From Utricularia gibba (taxonomy: Eukaryota > Plantae > Magnoliophyta): 58,943 nucleotides of DNA. The DNA lies in contig NEEC01000258.1 of the NCBI GenBank assembly GCA_002189035.1, positions 1 to 58,943 of the forward strand. Reading direction: 5' to 3'. The notes beneath the pieces were generated by a model. The model saw only the letters and a list, made by a program, of their open reading frames with translations. It was not told the DNA's origin and searched no databases. Positions 12,201 to 24,300 of the stretch are shown one piece after another (position 1 is the stretch's first letter; each line of letters starts with the position of its first letter). The position numbers and the translations under genes are program-made.

Positions 12201-15200
12201 ACCGGAAAAAGATCAGCTTAGGCCTTGGCCCAAAGTAAGTTGTAGCCCGGCAAAAAGTGATGTATTTATTAACGTTCGGTTTTCGGTGTTGCCTACATGG
12301 TTTTTCAAGGAACAGCTTCTCGTTTTGTGGCGGCCAGTTCGCTAGGAACTTGGTCCGGGCCCGCGATTCTTTATGGCTCATGAGGACAAAAGGATGCAAA
12401 TCGATGAATACAATGTTGCATTTGTTTAAATTGCGATATCACGTGCACCCCACATGATTTTTTCAACAACTTACTTTATACTTGAGCAGGCGGTCTTTGC
12501 ACTGGAACGGACAAAGGTAAGTTTGGCTTGCAAGTTAGTTGTAGTCCAAATAAAGTGATGTATTTATTATCGTTCGGTTTTCGGGGTGCCTACATGGTTT
12601 TTCAAGGCTTCTCGTTTTGTGGCGGCCAGTCTCGCTGGGAACTTGGTCCTTGAGATTCTGTATGGCTCATGAGGTCAACTGGATGCAAATCGATTAAAAA
12701 AAATGATGCATTTGTTTAAATTATATGTCACGTGCACCCCACATGATTTTTTCAACTACTTTATACTTGAGAAGGCGGTCTTTGGGTGCACTTGGAACCG
12801 GAAAAAGATCAGCTTAGGCTTGAAAGTAAGTTGTAGCCGGCAAGAAAGTGATGTATTTATTACGTTCGGTTTTCGGTTGCCTACATGGTTTTTCAAGGAA
12901 CAGCTTCTCGTTTTGTGGCGGCCAGTCTCGCTGGAACTTGGTCATGGCTCATGAGGACAAAAGGATGCAAATCGATCAATGTTGCATTTGTTTAAATTGC
13001 GATTCACGTGCACCCCACATGATTTTTCAACAACTTACTTTATACTTGAGCAGGCGGTCACTGGATCTTGCTCGGCAAATAAAGTGATGTATTTATTATC
13101 GTTCGGTTTTCGGGGGCTGCCTACATGGTTTTTCAAGGAACGCTTCTCGTTTTGTGGCGGCCAGTCTCGCTGGAACTTGGTCCTTGACCCCGATTCTGTA
13201 TGGCTCATGAGGTCAACTGGATGCAAATCGATTAAAAAAAATGATGCATTTGTTTAAATTACGATGTCACGTGCACCCCACATGATTTTTTTAACAACAT
13301 ACTTTATACATGAGGAGGCGGTCTTGGGGGCACTTGGAACCGGAAAAAGATCAGCTTAGGCTTGGCCCAAAGTAAGTTGTAGCCCGGCAAAGAAAGTGAT
13401 GTATTTATTAACGTTCGGTTTTCGGTGTTGCCTACATGGTTTTTCAAGGAACAGCTTCTCGTTTTGTGGCGGCCAGTCTCGCTGGAACTTGGTCCCCGCG
13501 ATTCTTTATGGCTCATGAGGTCAACTGGATGCAAATCGATGCATTTGTTTAAATTGATGTCACGTGCACCCACATGATTTTTTCAACAACTTACTTTATA
13601 CTGAGAGGCGGTCTTAGGAACGGAAAAAGGTTTAGGCTTGGCCCAAAGTAAGTTGTAGCCGGCAAAAAATGATGTACGTTCGGTTTTCGTGCCTACATGG
13701 TTTTTCAAGGAACCGCTTCTCGTTTTGTGGCGGCCAGTCTCGCTAACTTGGTCCTTGACCCGATTCTATGGCTCATGAGGTCAACTGGATGCAAATCGAT
13801 TACATTTGTTTAAATTACGATGTCACGTGCACCCCACATGATTTTTTTAACAACTACTTTATACTTGAGAGGCGGTCTTGGGGGCACTTGGAACCGGAAA
13901 AAGATCAGCTTAGGCCTTGCCCAAAGTAAGTTGTAGCCCGGCAAAGAAGTGATGTATTTATTAACGTTCGGTTTTCGGGTTGCCTACATGGTTTTTCAAG
14001 GAACAGCTTCTCGTTTTGTGGCGGCCAGTCTCGCTGGAACTTGGTCCGGATTCTTATGGCTCATGAGGTCAACTGGATGCAAATCGATTGCATTTGTTTA
14101 CACGTGCACCCCACATGATTTTTTTGGAGCGGTCTTTGGGGCACTTGGAACCGGAAAAAGATCAGCTTAGGCCTTGGCCCAAAGTAAGTTGTAGCCCGGC
14201 AAAGAAGTGATGTATTTATTACGTTCGGTTTTCGGTGCCTACATGTTTTTCTTCTCGTTTTGTGGCGGCCAGTCTCGCTAGGAACTTGGTCGGGCCCGCG
14301 ATTCTTTATGGCTCATGAGGACAAAAGGATGCAAATCGATGAATACAATGTTGCATTTGTTTAAATTGCGATATCACGTGCACCCCACATGATTTTTTCA
14401 ACAACTTACTTTATACTTGAGCAGGCGGTCTTTGGGTGCACCTGGAACGGGACAAAGGTCTTGCCGAGAGTTAGTTGTAGTCCGGCAAATAAAGTGATGT
14501 ATTTATTATCGTTCGGTTTTCGGGGGCTGCCTACATGGTTTTTCAAGGAACCGCTTCTCGTTTTGTGGCGGCCAGTCTTTGGGATTCTGTATGCTCATGA
14601 GGTCAAGGATGCAAATCGATCATTTGTTTAACACGTGCACCCCACATGAGTCACTTGTGACCGTTCGGTACATGGTTTTTCAAGGCTTCTCGTTTAGTCT
14701 CGCTGGGAACTTGGTCGTTCTGTATGGCTCATGAGGTCAAATGCAAATCGATCATTTGTTTAAATTGATGTCACGTGCACCCACATGATTTTTTAACAAC
14801 TTACTTTATACTTGAGAGGCGGTCTTACTTGGAACGGGCTTAGGCCTTTAAGTTGTAGCCCGGCAAAGAAAGTGATGTATTTATTAGTTCGGTTTTCGGG
14901 TTGCCTACATGGTTTTTCAAGGAACGCTTCTCGTTTTGTGGCGGCCAGTCTCGCTGGGAACTTGGTCCGCCCCGATTCTATGGCTCATGAGGTCAACTGG
15001 ATGCAAATCGATCATTTGTTTAAATTGATGTCACGTGCACCCCACATGATTTTTTCAACAACTTACTTTATACTGAGCGGTCTTGGGCACTTGGAACGGA
15101 AAAGGCTTAGGCAAAGTAAGTTGTAGTCAAATAAAGTGATGTATTTATTATCGTTCGGTTTTCGGGGGCTGCCTACATGGTTTTTCAAGGAACCGCTTCT

Positions 15201-18200
15201 CGTTTTGTGGCGGCCAGTCTCGCTGGGAACTTGGTCCTTGACCCGATTCTGTATGGCTCATGAGGTCAACTGGATGCAAATCGATTAAAAAAAATGATGC
15301 ATTTGTTTAAATTGATGTCACGTGCACCCCACATGATTTTTTTAACAACTGAGGAGGCGGTTTGGGGCACTTGGAACCGGAAAAAGATCAGCTTAGGCCT
15401 TGGCCCAAAGTAAGTTGTAGCCCGGCAAAGAAAGTGATGTATTTATTAACGTTCGGTTTTCGGTGTTGCCTACATGGTTTTTCAAGGAACAGCTTCTCGT
15501 TTTGTGGCGGCCAGTCTCGCTAGGAACTTGATTCTTTATGGCTCATGAGGACAAAAGGATGCAAATCGATTGTTGCATTTTTTTAAATTGCGATATCACG
15601 TGCACCCCACATGATTTTTTCAACAACTTACTTTATACTTGAGAGGCGGTCTTTGGGTGCACCTGGAACGGACAAAGCTTGCGAGAGTAGTTGTAGTCCG
15701 GCAAATAAAGTGATGTATTTATTATCGTTCGGTTTTCGGGGTGCCTACATGGTTTTTCAAGGACCGCTTCTCGTTTTGTGGCGGCCAGTCTCGCTGGGAA
15801 CTTGGTCCTTGACCCGATTCTGTATGGCTCATGAGGTCAACTGGATGCAAATCGATTAAAAAAAAATGATGCATTTGTTTAAATTGATGTCACGTGCACC
15901 CCACATGATTTTTTTAATACTTTATACATGAGGAGGCGGTCTTGGGGCACTTGGGAAAAAGTCAGCTTAGGCCTTGGCCCAAAGTAAGTTGTAGCCCGGC
16001 AAAGAAAGTGATGTATTTATTAACGTTCGGTTTTCGGTGTTGCCTACATGGTTTTTCAAGGAACAGCTTCTCGTTTTGTGGCGGCCAGTCTCGCTCTTGG
16101 TCCGCCCGATTCTTTATGGCTCATGAGGCAATGGATGCAAATCGATCATTTGTTTAAATTGATTCACGTGCACCCACATGATTTTTTCAACTTACTTTAT
16201 ACTGAGGAGGCGGTCTTGGGGCACTTGGAACCGGAAAATCAGCTTAGGCCTTGGCCCAAAGTAAGTTGTAGCCGGCAAATAAAGTGATGTATTTATTATC
16301 GTTCGGTTTTCGGGGGCTGCCTACATGGTTTTTCAAGGAACGCTTCTCGTTTTGTGGGGCCAGTCTCGCTGGGAACTTGGTCCCCCGATTCTGTATGGCT
16401 CATGAGGTCAAAGATGCAAATCGATTAAAAAAAATGATGCATTTGTTTAAATTGATGTCACGTGCACCCCACATGATTTTTTCAACTTACTTTATACATG
16501 AGGAGGCGGTCTTGGGGGCACTTGGAACGGAAAAAGATCAGCTTAGGCCTTGGCCAAAGTAAGTTGTAGCCCGGCAAAGAAAGTGATGTATTTATTATCG
16601 TTCGGTTTTCGGGTTGCCTACATGGTTTTTCAAGGAACAGCTTCTCGTTTTGTGGCGGCCAGTCTCGCTAGGAACTTGGTCCGGCCCGCGATTCTTTATG
16701 GCTCATGAGGGATGCAAATCGATGAAACAATGTGCATTTGTTTAAATTGCGATATCACGTGCACCCCACATGATTTTTTCAACAACTTACTTTATACTTG
16801 AGCAGGCGGTCTTTGGGTGCACTGGAACGGGACAAAGGTAAGGTTTGGCTTGCAAGAGTAGTTGTAGTCCGGCAAATAAAGTGATGTATTTATTATCGTT
16901 CGGTTTTCGGGTGCCTACATGGTTTTTCAAGGAACGCTTCTCGTTTTGTGGGGCCAGTCTCGCTGGAACTTGACCCGATTCTTATGGCTCATGAGGTCAA
17001 CTGGATGCAAATCGATTAAAAAATGCACGTGCACCCCACATGATTTTTTAAACAGAGAGGCGGTCTTGGGGGCACTTGGAACCGGAAAAAGGCTTAGGCT
17101 TGGCCCAAAGTAAGTTGTAGCCCGGCAAAGAAAGTGATGTATTTATTAACGTTCGGTTTTCGGTTGCCTACATGGTTTTTCAAGGAACAGCTTCTCGTTT
17201 GTGGCGGCCAGTCTCGCTGGGAACTTGGTCCTTGACCCGATTCTATGGCTCATGAGGTCAACTGGATGCAAATCGATTAAAAAATGATTGCATTTGTTTA
17301 AATTATGATGTCACGTGCACCCCACATGATTTTTAACAACTTACTTTATACTGAGTCTTTGGCACTTGGAACCGGAAAAAGATCAGCTTAGGCCTTGGTA
17401 AGTTGTAGCCCGGCAAAGAAAGTGATGTATTTATTAACGTTCGGTTTTCGGGTTGCCTACATGGTTTTTCAAGGAACAGCTTCTCGTTTTGTGGCGGCCA
17501 GTCTCGCTGGGAACTTGGTCCTTGACCCCGATTCTGTATGGCTCATGAGGTCAACTGGATGCAAATCGATTAAAAAAAATGATGCATTTGTTTAAATTAC
17601 GATGTCACGTGCACCCCACATGATTTTTTTAACAATACTTTATACTGAGAGGCGGTCTTGGGGGGCACTTGGAACCGGAAAAGATCAGCTTAGGCCTTGG
17701 CCCAAAGTAAGTTGTAGTCCGGCAAATAAAGTGATGTATTTATTATCGTTCGGTTTTCGTGCCTACATGGTTTTTCAAGGAACCGCTTCTCGTTTTGTGG
17801 CGGCCAGTCTCGCTGGGAACTTGGTCCTTGACCCGATTCTGTATGGCTCATGAGGTCAACTGGATGCAAATCGATTAAAAAAAATGATGCATTTGTTTAA
17901 ATTATGATGTCACGTGCACCCCACATGATTTTTCAAAACTTACTTTATACATGAGGAGGCGGTCTTGGGGGGCACTTGGAACCGAAAAAGTCAGCTTAGG
18001 CCTTGGCCCAAAGTAAGTTGTAGCCCGGCAAAGAAAGTGATGTATTTATTAACGTTCGGTTTTCGGTGTTGCCTACATGGTTTTTCAAGGAACAGCTTCT
18101 CGTTTTGTGCGGCCAGTCTCGCTAGGAACTTGGTCCGGGCCCGCGATTCTTTATGCTCATGAGGACAAAAGGATGCAAATCGATGAATACAATGTTGCAT

Positions 18201-19200
18201 TTGTTTAAATTGCGATATCACGTGCACCCCACATGATTTTTTTTCAACAACTTACTTTATACTTGAGCAGGCGGTCTTTGGTGCACCTGGAACGGGACAA
18301 AGGTAAGGTTTGGCTTGCACCGAGAGTTAGTTGTAGTCCGGCAAATAAAGTGATGTATTTATTATCGTTCGGTTTTCGGGGGCTGCCTACATGGTTTTTC
18401 AAGGAACCGCTTCTCGTTTTGTGGCGGCCAGTCTCGCTGGGAACTTGGTCCTTGACCCGATTCTGTATGGCTCATGAGGTCAACTGGATGCAAATCGATT
18501 AAAAAAAATGATGCATTTGTTAAATCACGTGCACCCCACATGATTTTTAAAACCTTTATACTGAGCGGTCTTGGGCACTTTTTAGGCAAAGTAAGTTGTA
18601 GCCCGGCAACGTTACATGGTTTTTCAAGGAACAGCTCTCGTTTTTGGCGGCCAGTCTCGCTGGGAACTTGACCCCGATTCTGTATGGCTCATGAGGTCAA
18701 ATGCAAATCGCATCACGTGCACCCACATGGAGAGGCGGTCTTGGCACTTGGAACCGGAAAAAGTCAGCTTAAAAGTAAGTTAGCCGGCAAAGAAAGTGAT
18801 GTATTTATTAACGTTCGGTTTTCGGTGTTGCCTACATGGTTTTTCAAGGAACAGCTTCTCGTTTTGTGGCGGCCAGTCTCGCTAGGAACTTGGTCCGGGC
18901 CCGATTCTTTATGGCTCATGAGGACAAAAGGATGCAAATCGATGAATACAATGATGCATTTGTTTAAATTATTCACGTGCACCCCACATGATTTTTTAAC
19001 AACTACTTTATACTTCTTGGGCACTTGGAACGGAAAAAGTAAGGCAAAGTAAGTTGTAGTCCGGCAAATAAAGTGATGTATTTATTATCGTTCGGTTTTC
19101 GGTTGCCTACATGGTTTTCAAGGAAGCTTCTCGTTTTGTGGCGCCAGTCTCGCTGGGAACTTGGTCCTTGATTCTGTATGGCTCATGAGGTCAACTGGAT
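3300..19200. other. Low-fidelity segment: monomers shortened by multiple small deletions, probably assembly/consensus error
   Basis: Collapsed units at ~4380-5000, 7420-7860, 10340-10560, 14560-14760 and 18520-18760. Successive TCATGA sites at 14595 and 14729 are only 134 bp apart. No foreign sequence is inserted. Confidence 0.7.
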
Positions 19201-21370
19201 GCAAATCGATTAAAAAAATGATGCATTTGTTTAAATTACGATGTCACGTGCACCCCACATGATTTTTTAACAACTTACTTTATACTGAGAGGCGGTCTTG
19301 GGGCACTTGGAACCGGAAAAAGTCAGCTTAGGCCTTGGCCAAAGTAAGTTGTAGCCCGGCAAAGTGATGTATTTATTATGTTCGGTTTTCGGTGTTGCCT
19401 ACATGGTTTTTCAAGGAACAGCTTCTCGTTTTGTGGCGGCCAGTCTCGCTAGGAACTTGGGGGCCCGCGATTCTTTATGGCTCATGAGGACAAAGGATGC
19501 AAATCGATGAATACAATGTTGCATTTGTTTAAATTGCGATATCACGTGCACCCCACATGATTTTTTCAACAACTTACTTTATACTTGAGCAGGCGGTCTT
19601 GGGCACCTGGAACGGGACAAAGTAAGTTTGGCTTGTAGTTGTAGTCCGGCAAATAAAGTGATGTATTTATTATCGTTCGGTTTTCGGGTGCCTACATGGT
19701 TTTTGGAACCTTCTCGTTTTGTGGCGGCCAGTCTCGCTGGGAACTTGGTCACCCGATTCTGTATGGCTCATGAGGAACTGGATGCAAATCGATTAAAAAA
19801 ATGATGCATTTGTTTAATTGATGTCACGTGCACCCCACATGATTTTTTCAACAACTTACTTTATACTGAGAGGCGGTTTTGGGTGCACTTGGAACCGGAA
19901 AAAGATCAGCTTGGCCTTGGCCCAAAGTAAGTTGTAGCCCGGCAAAGAAAGTGATGTATTTATTAACGTTCGGTTTTCGGTGGCCTACATGGTTTTTCAA
20001 GGAACAGCTTCTCGTTTTGTGGCGGCCAGTCTCGCTAGGAACTTGGTCCGACCCCGATTCTGTATGGCTCATGAGGTCAACTGGATGCAAATCGATTAAA
20101 AAAATGATGCATTTGTTTAAATGATTCACGTGCACCCCACATGATTTTTTCAACAACTTACTTTATACATGAGGAGGCGGTCTTTGGGGCACTTGGAACC
20201 GGAAAAGGTCAGCTTAGGCTTGCCAAGTAAGTTGTAGTCCGGCAAATAAAGTGATGTATTTATTATCGTTCGGTTTTCGGGGGCTGCCTACATGGTTTTT
20301 CAAGGAACCGCTTCTCGTTTTGTGGCGGCCAGTCTCGCTGGAACTTGGTCCTTGACCCCGATTCTGTATGGCTCATGAGGTCAACTGGATGCAAATCGAT
20401 TAAAAAAAATGATCATTTGTTTAAATTATGATGTCACGTGCACCCCACATGATTTTTTCAACAACTTACTTTATACTTGAGAGGCGGTCTTTGGGTGCAC
20501 TTGGAACCGGAAAAGATTTGGCCTTGGCCCAAAGTAAGTTGTAGCCCGGCAAAGAAAGTGATGTATTTATTAACGTTCGGTTTTCGGGGTTGCCTACATG
20601 GTTTTTCAAGGAACAGCTTCTCGTTTTGTGGCGGCCAGTCTCGCTGGGAACTTGGTCCTTGACCCCGATTCTGTATGGCTCATGAGGTCAACTGGATGCA
20701 AATCGATTAAAAAAAATGATGCATTTGTTTAAATTGATGTCACGTGCACCCCACATGATTTTTTCAACAACTTACTTATACTTGAGCAGGCGGTCTTTGG
20801 TGCACCTGGAACGGGACAAAGGTAGTTTAGGCTTGCACCGAGAGTTAGTTGTAGTCCGGCAAATAAAGTGATGTATTTATTATCGTTCGGTTTTCGGGGC
20901 TGCCTACATGGTTTTTCAAGGAACCGCTTCTCGTTTTGTGGCGGCCATCTCGCTGGGAACTTGGTCTTGACCCCGATTCTATGGCTCATGAGGTCAACTG
21001 GATGCAAATCGATTAAAAAAAATGATGCATTTGTTTAAATTATGATGTCACGTGCACCCCACATGATTTTTTCAACAACTTACTTTATACTTGAGCAGGC
21101 GGTCTTGGGTGCACTGGAACGGACAAAGTTTGGCTTGCACGAGAGTTAGTTGTAGTCCGGCAAATAAAGTGATGTATTTATTATCGTTCGTTTTCGGGGG
21201 CTGCCTACATGGTTTTTCAAGGAACCGCTTCTCGTTTGTGGCGGCCAGTCTCGCTGGGAACTGGTCCTTGACCCGATTCTGTATGGCTCATGAGGTCAAC
21301 TGGATGCAAATCGATTAAAAAAAAATGATGCATTTGTTTAAATTACGATGTCAAGTGCACCCCACATGAT

Positions 21371-24300
21371 TTTTTAACAACATACTTTATACTGAGGAGG
21401 CGGTCTTGGGGGGCACTGGAACCGGAAAAAGATCAGCTTAGGCTTGGCCCAAAGTAGTTGTAGCCCGGCAAAGAAAGTGATGTATTTATTAACGTTCGGT
21501 TTCGGGTTGCCTACATGGTTTTTCAAGGAACAGCTTCTCGTTTGTGGCGGCCAGTCTCGCTGGAACTTGGTCCGACCCCGATTCTGTATGGCTCATGAGG
21601 TCAACTGGATGCAAATCGATTAAAAAAAATGATGCATTTGTTTAAATTATGATGTCACGTGCACCCACATGATTTTTTCAACAACTTACTTTATACTTGA
21701 GCAGGCGGTCTTTGGGTGCACCTGGAACGGGACAAAGGTAAGTTGGCTTGCACCGAGAGTTAGTTGTAGTCCGGCAAATAAAGTGATGTATTTATTATCG
21801 TTCGTTTCGGGGGCTGCCTACATGGTTTTTCAAGGAACCGCTTCTCGTTTTGTGGCGGCCAGTCTCGCTGGGAACTTGGTCCTTGACCCCGATTCTGTAT
21901 GGCTCATGAGGTCAACTGGATGCAAATCGATTAAAAAAAATGATGCATTTGTTTAAATTATGATGTCACGTGCACCCCACATGATTTTTTCAACAACTTA
22001 CTTTATACTTGAGCAGGCGGTCTTTGGGTGCACCTGGAACGGGACAAAGGTAAGGTTGGCTTGCACGAGAGTTAGTTGTAGTCCGGCAAATAAAGTGATG
22101 TATTTATTATCGTTCGTTTTCGGGGGCTGCCTACATGGTTTTTCAAGGAACCGCTTCTCGTTTTGGCGGCCAGTCTCGCTGGGAACTTGGTCCTTGACCC
22201 CGATTCTGTATGGCTCATGAGGTCAACTGGATGCAAATCGATTAAAAAAATGATGCATTTGTTTAAATTATGATGTCACGTGCACCCCACATGATTTTTT
22301 CAACAACTTACTTTATACTTGAGCAGGCGGTCTTTGGGTGCACCTGGAACGGGACAAAGGTAAGTTTGGCTTGCACGAGAGTTAGTTGTAGTCCGGCAAA
22401 TAAGTGATGTATTTATTATCGTTCGTTTTCGGGGGCTGCCTACATGGTTTTTCAAGGAACCGCTTCTCGTTTTGTGGCGGCCAGTCTCGCTGGGAACTTG
22501 GTCCTTGACCCCGATTCTGTATGGCTCATGAGGTCAACTGGATGCAAATCGATTAAAAAAAATGATGCATTTGTTTAAATTATGATGTCACGTGCACCCC
22601 ACATGATTTTTTCAACAACTTACTTTATACTTGAGCAGGCGGTCTTTGGGTGCACCTGGAACGGACAAAGGTAATGTTTGGCTTGCACCGAGAGTTAGTT
22701 GTAGTCCGGCAAATAAAGTGATGTATTTATTATCGTTCGGTTTTCGGGGCTGCCTACATGGTTTTTCAAGGAACCGCTTCTCGTTTGTGGCGGCCAGTCT
22801 CGCTGGGAACTTGGTCCTTGACCCGATTCTGTATGGCTCATGAGGTCAACTGGATGCAAATCGATAAAAAAAAATGATGCATTTGTTTAAATTATGATGT
22901 CACGTGCACCCCACATGATTTTTTCAACAACTTACTTTATACTTGAGCAGGCGGTCTTTGGGTGCACCTGGAACGGGACAAAGGTAAGTTTGGCTTGCAC
23001 CGAGAGTTAGTTGTAGTCCGGCAAATAAAGTGATGTATTTATTATCGTTCGGTTTTCGGGGGCTGCCTACATGGTTTTTCAAGGAACCGCTTCTCGTTTT
23101 GTGGCGGCCAGTCTCGCTGGGAACTTGGTCCTTGACCCCCGATTCTGTATGGCTCATGAGGTCAACTGGATGCAAATCGATTAAAAAAAATGATGCATTT
23201 GTTTAAATTATGATGTCACGTGCACCCCACATGATTTTTTCAACAACTTACTTTATACTTGAGCAGGCGGTCTTTGGGTGCACCTGGAACGGGACAAAGG
23301 TAATGTTTGGCTTGCACCGAGAGTTAGTTGTAGTCCGGCAAATAAAGTGATGTATTTATTATCGTTCGTTTTCGGGGGCTGCCTACATGGTTTTCAAGGA
23401 ACCGCTTCTCGTTTTGTGGCGGCCAGTCTCGCTGGGAACTTGGTCCTTGACCCCATTTCTGTATGGCTCATGAGGTCAACTGGATGCAAATCGAAAAAAA
23501 AAATGATGCATTTGTTTAAATTACGATGTCAAGTGCACCCCACATGATTTTTTTAACAACTACTTTATACTGAGGAGGCGGTCTTGGGGGCACTTGGAAC
23601 CGGAAAAAGATCAGCTTAGGCCTTGGCCCAAAGTAAGTTGTAGCCCGGCAAAGAAAGTGATGTATTTATTATCGTTCGGTTTTCGGGTTGCCTACATGGT
23701 TTTTCAAGGAACAGCTTCTCGTTTGTGGCGGCCAGTCTCGCTGGAACTTGGTCCGGCCCCGATTCTTTATGGCTCATGAGGACAAGGATACAAATCAATG
23801 AAAAAATGATGCATTTGTTTAAATTACGATATCACGTGCACCCCACATGATTTTTTCAACAACTTACTTTATACTTGAGCAGGCGGTCTTTGGGTGCACC
23901 TGGAACGGGACAAAGAAGGTTTGGCTTGCACCGAGAGTTAGTTGTAGTCCGGCAAATAAAGTGATGTATTTATTATCGTTCGGTTTTCGGGGGCTGCCTA
24001 CATGGTTTTCAAGGAACCGCTTCTCGTTTTGTGGCGGCCAGTCTCGCTGGGAACTTGGTCCTTGACCCCGATTCTGTATGGCTCATGAGGTCAACTGGAT
24101 GCAAATCGATTAAAAAAAATGATGCATTTGTTTAAATTATGATGTCACGTGCACCCCACATGATTTTTTCAACAACTTACTTTATACTTGAGCAGGCGGT
24201 CTTGGTGCACCTGGAACGGGACAAAGGTAAGTTTGGCTTGCACCGAGAGTTAGTTGTAGTCCGGCAAATAAAGTGATGTATTTATTATCGTTCGTTTCGG

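Larger units (their letters stand above)
1..21370. repeat. Domain 1: mainly alternating B-A dimeric repeat (~630 bp), with many deleted and hybrid monomers
   Basis: B units (GGAACCGGAAAAAGATCAGCTTAGG, TAGCCCGGCAAAGAAAG, GGAACAGC, CGGGCCCGCG) start at ~1, 628, 1220, 1790, 2390, 2985. They alternate with A or A-like units (GGAACGGGACAAAGGTAAGG, TAGTCCGGCAAATAAAG, GGAACCGC, CCTTGACCCCG) at ~314, 935, 1490, 2100, 2695. The same alternation is seen at ~10-13 kb and ~18-19.6 kb. Confidence 0.8.
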
